Assembly: GCF_031292485.1 (NCBI RefSeq)
Contig: NZ_JARLHA010000038.1
Strand: one strand, 5' to 3'
Length of the DNA: 24,000 nt
Source: Mucilaginibacter sp.
Lineage (GTDB): Bacteria; Bacteroidota; Bacteroidia; Sphingobacteriales; Sphingobacteriaceae
The translations under genes were made by a program, and so were the position numbers. The notes beneath the pieces are model-generated. The model was not told where the DNA came from and did no database searches. It worked only from the letters and a program-made list of their open reading frames with translations. Position 1 is the stretch's first letter; the number at the start of each line of letters is the position of its first letter. Of this stretch, positions 14,874 to 22,382 are shown one piece after another.

Positions 14874-15881
14874 ATGAACACAAAAAAGATCCACCTCGGC
14901 GTATTAGACCAATCCCCGGTACGTAAAGGGCTAACCGCCGCAGAAGCCGTAAATGAAACCGTTGAGCTGGCAAAATTTACTGATGCCTTGGGTTACACCC
15001 GTTTTTGGGTATCCGAACATCATAATACCGGCGCACTTGCCGGTTCAACCCCCGAAGTCCTGATGGCACACCTGGCAGGGAAAACAAAAAATATCCGCAT
15101 CGGCTCGGGCGGGGTAATGATGCCAAATCACAGCGCGTTAAAAGTAGCTGAAAACTTCAGAATGCTGGAAGCCCTGTTTCCAGGTCGCATTGACCTGGGC
15201 ATGGGCCGCGCTCCGGGTACCGACCGGCACACTGCTGCCTTGCTTAACCCATCCAACCAGTTTCGCGAGCAGGATTTTATTGAGCAATTGTATGATCTGA
15301 ATAACTTTTTTCATGACAGGGGCGACCCGGGTACGCCGATGGCAAAAATAAGGGCCATACCGCAGGTACAAACAGTGCCGGCCATGTGGTTGTTAAGCTC
15401 AAGCGGGCAAAGCGGCATATTTGCCGCGCATTTTGGTACGGGTTTTTCTTTCGCCCATTTTATCAACCCGAACGGCGGGCCGCAGGCCGTAGCTGCTTAT
15501 CGCGAACGTTTTCAACCTTCCGAAGAACTGCATCAACAACAGGCCAATATGGCCATATTTGTTTTTTGTTCGGAAGATGAAGAAAAGATTGAGCGCCACA
15601 AGGCGCTGATGGATTACCGCTTTAACCAGTTTGAAAAGGGCGCCGGCATCGTGCCAATTGGTTACGACGATATTAAGCATGTTACCTATTCGGCAGGAGA
15701 ACAGGAAAGAATATGGTATAACCGCAAAAGAGTAATTGCCGGCACTCCCGGCCAGGTGAAAACACGGCTAACCCAGCTGGCGGACGAATACGATGTGGAT
15801 GAAATTATTGCGGTAACCATTACGGAGCATTTTGAGGACAGGCTGCAATCGTACAAACTGCTGGCCGAAATGTTTTTATAA
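14874..15881 (+). CDS. LLM class flavin-dependent oxidoreductase (luciferase-like, YhbW-type)
   Basis: 335-aa ORF. LGYTRFWVSEHHN...GSGGVMMPNHSALKVAENFRMLEALFPGRIDLGMGRAPGTD. Confidence 0.9.
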   Translation: MNTKKIHLGVLDQSPVRKGLTAAEAVNETVELAKFTDALGYTRFWVSEHHNTGALAGSTPEVLMAHLAGKTKNIRIGSGGVMMPNHSALKVAENFRMLEALFPGRIDLGMGRAPGTDRHTAALLNPSNQFREQDFIEQLYDLNNFFHDRGDPGTPMAKIRAIPQVQTVPAMWLLSSSGQSGIFAAHFGTGFSFAHFINPNGGPQAVAAYRERFQPSEELHQQQANMAIFVFCSEDEEKIERHKALMDYRFNQFEKGAGIVPIGYDDIKHVTYSAGEQERIWYNRKRVIAGTPGQVKTRLTQLADEYDVDEIIAVTITEHFEDRLQSYKLLAEMFL

Positions 15882-15980
15882 GCTGAAGGCAGAAAGTCCA
15901 AAGCGGAAAGCTGCCTTGTGATTTAAACTTTACACATTGAAACGAAGCTTTCAGCTTTATGCTTTCAGCTTTGTGCTTCA
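15880..15980. repeat. word palindrome c (heptamer AAGCTGA-type words)
   Basis: The left arm is AAGCTGA AGGCAGA AAGTCCA AAGCGGA AAGCTGC (15880-15915). The right arm is GAAGCTT TCAGCTT TATGCTT TCAGCTT TGTGCTT CA (15944-15980). Confidence 0.75.
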
Positions 15981-16029
15981 AATCTGGCAGGATAGTTGTT
16001 TGATGTGCTAAACATCAAAACTATTTACT

Positions 16030-16488
16030 ATGGAAACTACAGAAAAATCAATTGAAGTTTTAAATGACTTGATAGAGATCAATAACGACCGTGTTGCGGG
16101 CTTTGCACATGCTGTACATGAATTGAAAGAAAACGATGGCGACCTGAAGGTGCTTTTTCTGCAATTAAGGGAGGAAAGCAGGGAAAATGTTCATGAATTG
16201 AGCACTGCCATCAATAAAAATGGCGGCGAAGCAGAATTGGATATGAGCGGAGATGGCGCGCTGCACCGCATGTGGCTTGATGTAAAAGAAGCCTTTACAG
16301 GCCATGATCGCATGGGAATACTGGCAGAATGTGAACGTGGCGAAGATGCAATAAAAAAAGCCTACGAAAGCGCCCTGTCGCCCGATAATGAATTGCCACC
16401 CCAAATTATCGAAATGCTATTACGCCAGCAGCAGGATATTATTGCATCGCATAACCAGATCAAGGCTTTGAGGGATAGTGAAGCGTAG
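16030..16488 (+). CDS. PA2169 family four-helix-bundle protein (DUF2383, ferritin-like)
   Basis: 152-aa ORF. IEVLNDLIEINNDRVAGF...CERGEDAIKKAYESAL pattern. Confidence 0.8.
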   Translation: METTEKSIEVLNDLIEINNDRVAGFAHAVHELKENDGDLKVLFLQLREESRENVHELSTAINKNGGEAELDMSGDGALHRMWLDVKEAFTGHDRMGILAECERGEDAIKKAYESALSPDNELPPQIIEMLLRQQQDIIASHNQIKALRDSEA

Positions 16489-16504
16489 TTTGAATCGACT
16501 AAGA

Positions 16505-16542
16505 AAAAATGGAGGGTGTTTTAACAGGCATCCTCTTTTTTA
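16505..16542. terminator. candidate bidirectional intrinsic terminator between the PA2169 gene and the PIN pseudogene
   Basis: AAAAAA-TGGAGGGTG-TTTTAACAGG-CATCCTCT-TTTTTTA. An 8-position stem (6 Watson-Crick pairs, one G-U, one terminal mismatch) flanked by an A-run and a T-run. Confidence 0.5.
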
Positions 16543-16554
16543 TACCGGATGAAA

Positions 16555-16966
16555 TCAAAAAAGCTTTAAAAAATCTGCGGGCGGCAAAATGGGAATATTG
16601 TTAAAAGGATGCAGAATCAGTAAATCCTGGTCGCCGCTTACGATACAGGATGCCCCTGCAGTAACTGCAAGTTCAAGGAATTTGTTGTCTTTAGGATCGC
16701 GGCAATCCGAAAACTTTTCTACCGGCTCAATTGAAATGGAATTGGAAATGATATTTTCAATGAAAACTGATGCGCGTAATTAACGAAACATATTTCTCAA
16801 ATTTAGGCCTTGAAAATACGTTAAAGTATTCAGACGCTATTTCTGATGATACTAATAAGGCGCCTTTTTGCCTCGCCCGTTTTAAAGCTAACCCAGGTAT
16901 TGAATGTTCATTCATCAATGCGCTCAGTAATGTATTGGTATCAAATACCCAAAACTCAAGCTTCAT
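16555..16966 (-). pseudogene. PIN domain toxin (PIN_3-like), interrupted by a 1-nt frameshift
   Basis: Frame 1 gives 69 aa (MKLEFWVFDTNTLLSAL...KYVSLITRISFH, stop at 16757-16759). A hand translation of the adjacent frame from 16779 to 16558 gives LRASVFIENIISNSISIEPVEKFSDCRDPKDNKFLELAVTAGASCIVSGDQDLLILHPFNNIPILPPADFLKLF, then TGA at 16555-16557. That is the missing PIN C-terminal half. Confidence 0.65.
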
Positions 16967-17189
16967 CTTTTAATAATTCATCCAATTTTTCCTGAGTTAA
17001 CCCATTAGCTGAAGCCTCTGCTGTAGCTTTTTTCATGATCGTAAAAAGCTGTTCATTGGCAGGTTTGCCGCTGAAAAAATCACTCAGCCAGGCATTAATG
17101 TATATTTCGGCTTTTCTTTTTACTTCTGTATCAGCATTCTCGAAAGCACGTGCAATATAGGGAGGAACAGGAATTGTTATATTTTCCAT
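16956..17189 (-). CDS. putative antitoxin of the PIN module
   Basis: 77-aa ORF immediately upstream of the PIN ORF, overlapping it by 11 nt. No family recognised. Confidence 0.55.
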   Translation of the reverse strand: MENITIPVPPYIARAFENADTEVKRKAEIYINAWLSDFFSGKPANEQLFTIMKKATAEASANGLTQEKLDELLKDEA

Positions 17190-17282
17190 GGTTCTTTATT
17201 TAAGCATTATTCAAATATACCAAACATTTAACAGATCATAAACCGCCCTGTTTTGTTTTTACTTTTCAAAATAATTTAATTG

Positions 17283-17290
17283 TATCTTTG
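17283..17290 (+). promoter_or_regulatory. candidate -7 box (TAnnTTTG) for the desaturase
   Basis: TATCTTTG, 39 nt upstream of the GTG at 17329. Confidence 0.35.
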
Positions 17291-17328
17291 GGCAGATTAT
17301 AAACATTTCTATTTTATACAATACTTCT

Positions 17329-18063
17329 GTGATTATTTTAATTTTCTTTTTGGCCCATTGGTTCCTTTCTTTATTCTTTCAGACATTTTATCTGCACCGC
17401 TACGCTTCTCATAAAATGTTTATCACCAATAAATTTAACGAACGTGTTTTTCACCTGCTGACGTTTATTTGCCAGGGATCATCATTTTTAAACCCGCGCG
17501 CTTATGCTATTATGCACCGCGAGCACCATGCTTACAGCGACACCGAGAAAGACCCGCATTCACCCTATTTTTTCAGGGATGTTTTTCAAATGATGTGGCG
17601 CACAGCGCAAAGCTATAAGCTTTATGAACAACGGTTAAAAGAACCGGAACCGCAATTTAAAGGCAATTATCCTGAATGGCGTTTACTTGACTACTGGGGC
17701 TCAACACATTTGTCGCGACTGGCTTTCGGCGCGTTTTACGTGGTTTTTTATATTGTTTTTGCTACCCATTGGTGGATGTTCTTGCTGCTGCCGATTCACT
17801 TTTTAATGGGCCCTATTCATGGCGCTATTGTTAATTGGTGCGGTCATAAATACGGTTATTCAAATTTTGATAATGGCGATAAATCAAAAAACACTACACC
17901 TTTTGATTTTTTGATGCTTGGCGAGTTGTTTCAGAACAATCACCACAAACGCCCCAATAGCCCTAACTTTGCTGCAAAATGGTTCGAGTTTGATCCGGTT
18001 TACCCGGTAATGAAAGTGATGCACTGGATCCATTTGATCAGGCTGCGGGAAGCGTATTTATAG
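17329..18063 (+). CDS. acyl-CoA (fatty acid) desaturase
   Basis: 244-aa membrane ORF with a GTG start. Histidine boxes HRYASH, HREHHAYSD and NNHHKRP. Confidence 0.85.
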   Translation: MIILIFFLAHWFLSLFFQTFYLHRYASHKMFITNKFNERVFHLLTFICQGSSFLNPRAYAIMHREHHAYSDTEKDPHSPYFFRDVFQMMWRTAQSYKLYEQRLKEPEPQFKGNYPEWRLLDYWGSTHLSRLAFGAFYVVFYIVFATHWWMFLLLPIHFLMGPIHGAIVNWCGHKYGYSNFDNGDKSKNTTPFDFLMLGELFQNNHHKRPNSPNFAAKWFEFDPVYPVMKVMHWIHLIRLREAYL

Positions 18064-18067
18064 TTGT

Positions 18068-18200
18068 GGTAAAAGGTTAAAGGCGAAAGGTTTGCCGGAC
18101 TGTAAAATATTGAGGCTTGGTTTTAAGACCGGGCCTTTTTTATGAATACTAAGTTGAAATATAACGTCATAAAGCTTTCGCCTTTTACCTTTTACCTTTC
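18068..18200. repeat. word palindrome d (heptamers GGTAAAA/GGCGAAA)
   Basis: The left arm is GGTAAAA GGTTAAA GGCGAAA GGTTT (18068-18093). The right arm is AAAGC TTTCGCC TTTTACC TTTTACC TTTC (18171-18200). The spacer contains a canonical terminator. Confidence 0.8.
18113..18142 (+). terminator. intrinsic terminator downstream of the desaturase
   Basis: AGGCTTGGT-TTTAAG-ACCGGGCCT followed by TTTTTAT. The stem includes two G-U pairs. Confidence 0.55.
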
Positions 18201-18823
18201 ATCTCTCCTTTATAATCCGTAATATTCAGCATCGCGTCGCAAAAGCTGTATTCGTGCTCCTGGTTGGAGCAGATGATGGTCAGCCTGTTTTTTGCGAACT
18301 GCTGTACCAGGCTAAGGTACCAGTCAATCCCCTGCGTATCTAAATTGGAAGTAGGCTCATCAAGCATCAGCATAGGCGTATCTGCACAAAAGGCCAGGGC
18401 CAGCTTTAGCCGCTGTTTCATCCCCGATGAAAAGTATTTGATCAATTTGTTTTTACTGCCCGGCAATGATAACAGTTCGATCAATCCATCTTTGCCTATC
18501 CCTTCTTTAAACGTCTTGAATTTAAAGTGAAAATCGATCATTTCATCAAGGCTAAATTCCTCGATCAGCTCCAGATATGGAGCTGCGATGCTTAAGTGCA
18601 GGTAAACCTTCTCAATATCGATGGGCTCTGTCTGAAAAAAGTAATCAATTTTACCGGCAGATGGCGCCAGGCTCCCGTTCAATACCTGTAATAAGGTAGA
18701 TTTACCTGAACCGTTGGAACCAAGTATCGCATAAATGCTACCGGAATTAAAGGAATAATCCACCCCTCTGAAGATCCAGTCGCGGTTAAAACGCCGGCCA
18801 ATGTTTTGAAGGGTGATGTTCAT
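18185..18823 (-). CDS. ABC transporter ATP-binding protein
   Basis: Walker A GSNGSGKST, signature FSSGMKQRL, Walker B LMLDEP. The ORF is open to 18886, but that extension lies inside a repeat. MNITLQNIG at 18823 is taken as the start. Confidence 0.85.
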   Translation of the reverse strand: MNITLQNIGRRFNRDWIFRGVDYSFNSGSIYAILGSNGSGKSTLLQVLNGSLAPSAGKIDYFFQTEPIDIEKVYLHLSIAAPYLELIEEFSLDEMIDFHFKFKTFKEGIGKDGLIELLSLPGSKNKLIKYFSSGMKQRLKLALAFCADTPMLMLDEPTSNLDTQGIDWYLSLVQQFAKNRLTIICSNQEHEYSFCDAMLNITDYKGEMKGKR

Positions 18824-18825
18824 GT

Positions 18826-18890
18826 CAGTTTGCAGTTTTTTGTTTGCAGTTGGCAGCCTTTGCAAACTGCAAATTGCCCACTGCAAACTC
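18826..18890. repeat. word palindrome e (octamer GTTTGCAG)
   Basis: CAGTTTGCAGTTTTTTGTTTGCAGTTGGCAG / CCTTTGCAAACTGCAAATTGCCCACTGCAAACTC, with almost no spacer, between the lpxA stop and the ABC start. Confidence 0.7.
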
Positions 18891-18894
18891 TTTT

Positions 18895-19680
18895 TTATGA
18901 GTTCCCAAACCCCTTCATAATGCCCCGCTGCGAGTTTTGTACAAAGTTGATAATCTCGTCGCGTTCAACGGTTGGGTTGAATTCGGCTTCAATAATGTCG
19001 AGCGCTTTGGTGATATTATATTTTTTGAGAAAGATGATGCGGTAAATTTCCTGTATCTCATTTATAGTAGTAGCAGAAAATCCCCGGCGGCGCAGGCCAA
19101 CAGAATTGATACCGACATAAGACAGAGGTTCGCGGCCGGCTTTGGTATAAGGTGGTACGTCTTTCCGCACCAAAGATCCGCCGGAGATCATGCTGTGCGC
19201 GCCGATCTCTACGAACTGGTGAACAGCTGAGGTGCCGCCGATAAAAGCATAATCATATACATTGATATGCCCGGCAAGCTGAACTGAATTGGCAATGATC
19301 ACGTTATCGCCGATAACGCAGTCATGGGCCACGTGTACATAAGCCATCAGCAGGCAATTGGCGCCGATAGTAGTGGTGTTTTTATCCAATGCTGTGCCCC
19401 GGTTTAAAGTTACGCATTCGCGGATCACGGTATTGTCACCAACAGAAACAGTGCTTTGTTCTCCGCGATATTTCAGGTCCTGCGGAGGTGCCGAAATCAC
19501 TGCTCCCGGATAGATCCGGCAATTTTTTCCGATACGGGCGCCATCCATGATGGTACTGTTTGAACCAATCCATGAACCTTCACCAATCTCAACATCTTTG
19601 TGTATGGTTACAAAGGGTTCAATTACCACATTGTCGGCTATTTTAGCCTGGGGATGAATGTATGCTAAGGGTTGGATCAT
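18895..19680 (-). CDS. lpxA: acyl-ACP--UDP-N-acetylglucosamine O-acyltransferase
   Basis: 261-aa ORF with hexapeptide repeats and the LpxA C-terminal helical domain. Its start overlaps the lpxC/fabZ stop by 4 nt. Confidence 0.95.
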   Translation of the reverse strand: MIQPLAYIHPQAKIADNVVIEPFVTIHKDVEIGEGSWIGSNSTIMDGARIGKNCRIYPGAVISAPPQDLKYRGEQSTVSVGDNTVIRECVTLNRGTALDKNTTTIGANCLLMAYVHVAHDCVIGDNVIIANSVQLAGHINVYDYAFIGGTSAVHQFVEIGAHSMISGGSLVRKDVPPYTKAGREPLSYVGINSVGLRRRGFSATTINEIQEIYRIIFLKKYNITKALDIIEAEFNPTVERDEIINFVQNSQRGIMKGFGNS

Positions 19681-21086
19681 TCTTCGTCAGTTTTTTGCTT
19701 TTTTACAATTTGTGCCATCAGTTCAGCCTCCACAACAATGCGTTCGCCAACCATGCCAATACCCTTCATTTGTGCAATTCCCCTGCGGATAGGGGCGATC
19801 AGGTTACAATGAAAGATAAGCGTATCCCCTGGCGTTACCGGTGCTTTAAACCTGGCATTTTCTATTTTAAGGAACAAGGTAATATAATTTTCGGGATCGG
19901 GTACCGTATTTAATACCAGGATGCCACCCGTTTGTGCCATTGCCTCAATCTGAAGCACCCCCGGGAACAACGGCATGCCCGGGAAATGGCCCCTGAACAT
20001 TTCTTCATTCATGGTAACATTTTTTAACCCGACTACATGGCTCTTAGTCAGCTCGAGTATCTTATCGATCATCAAAAACGGCTGCCGGTGGGGCAGGATG
20101 TTCATGATCTGGATGGTATCATACACAGGCTTTGCATTCGGGTCGTAAATTTTTACATGCTTTCGGCTTCTTTCCTTTTTGATCAGGGTTTTAATTTTTT
20201 TAGCGAAGGCCACATTGGCCGCGTGGCCGGGCCTTGCTGCCATAATATGGCCGCGTAACGGAACGCCTACCAGTGCCAGGTCGCCGATCATATCCAGTAG
20301 CTTATGTCTGGCCGGCTCATTCTGGTGACGGAGCTCGATGTTATTTAAAATGCCCTGGGGCGCTACCTTAATGTCTTTGCGGTTAAATATCCGGGCCAGG
20401 TGGGCCAGTTCTTCTTCGTCAACCTCTTTGTCAACCACCACAATGGCGTTGTTCAGGTCGCCGCCTTTTATCAGGTCGTGCTTTAAAAGCATTTCCAGTT
20501 CGTGCAAAAAGCAAAAAGTGCGGCAGGAAGCGATTTCCTTATTAAATTCGGATATGGTTGAGATACTTGCATGCTGGCTTCCCAATACCTGCGAATTATA
20601 ATCAACCATACAGGTAAAACGGTAATCGTCCAATGGCATGGCCACCATTTCAACTTTGCGGTCGGGTTCCGAATAATGAATATTATAGGGGATATGGTAA
20701 TATTCCCGGTCGGCTTCCTGTTCTACAAAGCCGGTTTCTTTTATAGCATCAACAAACTGGATGGAGCTGCCATCCATTATCGGCGTTTCGGGGCCGTCAA
20801 GGTCAATCAGCACGTTATCAATCTCCAAACCGACAAGGGCGGCCAGTACGTGTTCAATAGTACTAACGCTGGCTCCGTTTTGCGAAATAGTGGTGCCGCG
20901 CGAGGTATCAGTAACATTATCACAATCGGCGTCAATTATGGGCGAGCCGGTAATATCTATCCTTCTGAATTTATAACCGTGATTTTCCGGTGCAGGGTTA
21001 AAAGTCATGGTAACCCGTTCGCCGGTATGTAAACCAGTGCCCGAAACCGAAACCGGCGCCTTAATTGTTTTTTGTTTTACGTTCAT
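19677..21086 (-). CDS. lpxC/fabZ: bifunctional UDP-3-O-acyl-GlcNAc deacetylase / 3-hydroxyacyl-ACP dehydratase
   Basis: 469-aa ORF. The N-terminal LpxC pattern is KTIKAPVSVSGTGLHTGERV...HRQ. The C-terminal FabZ pattern is LPHRQPFLMIDKI...FRGHFPGMPLFPGVLQIEAMAQ. This fusion is typical of Bacteroidota. Confidence 0.95.
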   Translation of the reverse strand: MNVKQKTIKAPVSVSGTGLHTGERVTMTFNPAPENHGYKFRRIDITGSPIIDADCDNVTDTSRGTTISQNGASVSTIEHVLAALVGLEIDNVLIDLDGPETPIMDGSSIQFVDAIKETGFVEQEADREYYHIPYNIHYSEPDRKVEMVAMPLDDYRFTCMVDYNSQVLGSQHASISTISEFNKEIASCRTFCFLHELEMLLKHDLIKGGDLNNAIVVVDKEVDEEELAHLARIFNRKDIKVAPQGILNNIELRHQNEPARHKLLDMIGDLALVGVPLRGHIMAARPGHAANVAFAKKIKTLIKKERSRKHVKIYDPNAKPVYDTIQIMNILPHRQPFLMIDKILELTKSHVVGLKNVTMNEEMFRGHFPGMPLFPGVLQIEAMAQTGGILVLNTVPDPENYITLFLKIENARFKAPVTPGDTLIFHCNLIAPIRRGIAQMKGIGMVGERIVVEAELMAQIVKKQKTDEE

Positions 21087-21096
21087 TTTATAAGAC

Positions 21097-21195
21097 TGTT
21101 CATTGGTTCATTGGTTCAGTTGTTCATTGGTAAATAGTTCATTAATAGCCGCAAGATAGGACCAATGAACTAATGAACAAGTGAACTAGTGAACA
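21097..21195. repeat. word palindrome f (octamer GTTCATTG)
   Basis: The left arm is TGTTCATTGGTTCATTGGTTCAGTTGTTCATTGG (21097-21130). The right arm is CCAATGAACTAATGAACAAGTGAACTAGTGAACA (21162-21195). 27 of 34 arm positions are complementary by hand alignment, and 4 of the 7 others are G-T. Confidence 0.8.
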
Positions 21196-22229
21196 TCCTT
21201 TTTCAATTCTTTAATTATTTTTTCAAGTTCATCAATTCTTCTTTCAAGGGCGGGCAGGCGTTGTGTAACGATCTGTGAGCGCATGTGATCGGTATAAGGT
21301 GTTGCCGGCGAGCCCATCCACTTTTTGTTTTCTTCGGTTATGGTGCGGCTTATACCCGATTGCGCCTGGATCTGCGTTCCTTTGGCAAGGGTAATATGGC
21401 CCACAACGCCAACCTGGCCGCCAATAATACAGCTTTCACCTATTTTGGTACTGCCTGATATCCCCGTTTGTGCGGCCACAACGGTATTTGAGCCGATCTC
21501 AACGTTATGTGCTATCTGGATCAGATTATCCAGCTTTACACCCTTGCGGATAATGGTTGAACCCATAGTAGCTCTATCGACAGTAGTGTTTGAGCCGATC
21601 TCCACATCGTCTTCGATGATCACATTCCCAATCTGGCTTATTTTAGCATAAGTGCCATCCCCGGCAGGCGCAAAACCAAAACCGTCCGCACCGATGATGG
21701 TGCCCGAATGGATGATGACATTGTTGCCCAAAATACAATCAAAATATATTTTCACTCCCGGAAACAACGTTACGTTGTCACCTAATATTACATCGTCTGC
21801 AATATAGCACCCGGGATAAATTTTGCAATTATTGCCAATTTTTACATTTGGACCTACGTAGGCAAACGCGCCTACATAAGCGTTTTCGCCCACCATTGCA
21901 GTAGGGTGAATAAATGAAGGCTGTTCAACGCCAGTTTTATTGAGTTTCAGCGTGTTGTATTTTTCAAGTAATACTGTTATAGCGCTATAGGCGTTAGGGA
22001 CTCTTATCAGCGTAGATTTTACCGGTTCAGCCAAAACCTGGTCGTTATTGATGATAACGACGGATGCTTCCGTGGTATATAAATACTGCTCGTATTTAGG
22101 GTTAGCTAAAAACGATAACGACCCTGCACGGGCCTCTTCTATTTTGGCAAGTTGATTTACCGGCACCAGGGGGTCACCCTCAACAGTTCCGTTTAGCATC
22201 AAACCTAATTCATGTGCGGTAAATTGCAT
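21186..22229 (-). CDS. lpxD: UDP-3-O-(3-hydroxyacyl)glucosamine N-acyltransferase
   Basis: 347-aa ORF with the N-terminal LpxD domain, a long hexapeptide-repeat beta-helix and a C-terminal coiled segment. Confidence 0.95.
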   Translation of the reverse strand: MQFTAHELGLMLNGTVEGDPLVPVNQLAKIEEARAGSLSFLANPKYEQYLYTTEASVVIINNDQVLAEPVKSTLIRVPNAYSAITVLLEKYNTLKLNKTGVEQPSFIHPTAMVGENAYVGAFAYVGPNVKIGNNCKIYPGCYIADDVILGDNVTLFPGVKIYFDCILGNNVIIHSGTIIGADGFGFAPAGDGTYAKISQIGNVIIEDDVEIGSNTTVDRATMGSTIIRKGVKLDNLIQIAHNVEIGSNTVVAAQTGISGSTKIGESCIIGGQVGVVGHITLAKGTQIQAQSGISRTITEENKKWMGSPATPYTDHMRSQIVTQRLPALERRIDELEKIIKELKKDVH

Positions 22230-22253
22230 CGGGCAAAGTTAATTATTTATTAA

Positions 22254-22382
22254 GAAGTCCGAAAGTCCGAAAAGTCCGAAAGTCCGGAAGAATTATTTTG
22301 CTATTTTTTTTAATCGGTTTATTATTTGGCAGCCATCGGCCTTTTTGTCTTTCGGACTTTCGGTCTTCCCGACTTTCGGACT
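22254..22382. repeat. word palindrome g (octamer GTCCGAAA)
   Basis: The left arm is GAA GTCCGAAA GTCCGAAAA GTCCGAAA GTCCGGAA G (22254-22290). The right arm is GTC TTTCGGAC TTTCGGTC TTCCCGAC TTTCGGAC T (22347-22382). Confidence 0.85.

Noticed and set aside
18824-18886. 21-codon N-terminal extension of the ABC ATPase ORF (MQWAICSLQRLPTANKKLQTD)
   Set aside because: It is a translation of word palindrome e. MNITLQNIG is a canonical ABC ATPase N-terminus.
19662-21651. Plus-strand ORFs antisense to lpxA, lpxC/fabZ and lpxD (e.g. 20571..21032 at 153 aa, 21325..21651 at 108 aa)
   Set aside because: They are entirely antisense to strongly supported genes. Hexapeptide-repeat and GC-rich coding regions commonly leave long antisense frames open.
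22234-22241. Exact TAnnTTTG (TAACTTTG on the minus strand) upstream of lpxD
   Set aside because: It ends only 4 nt before the lpxD ATG, too close for the usual -7-to-TSS spacing unless the mRNA is leaderless, so it is not called as a promoter.
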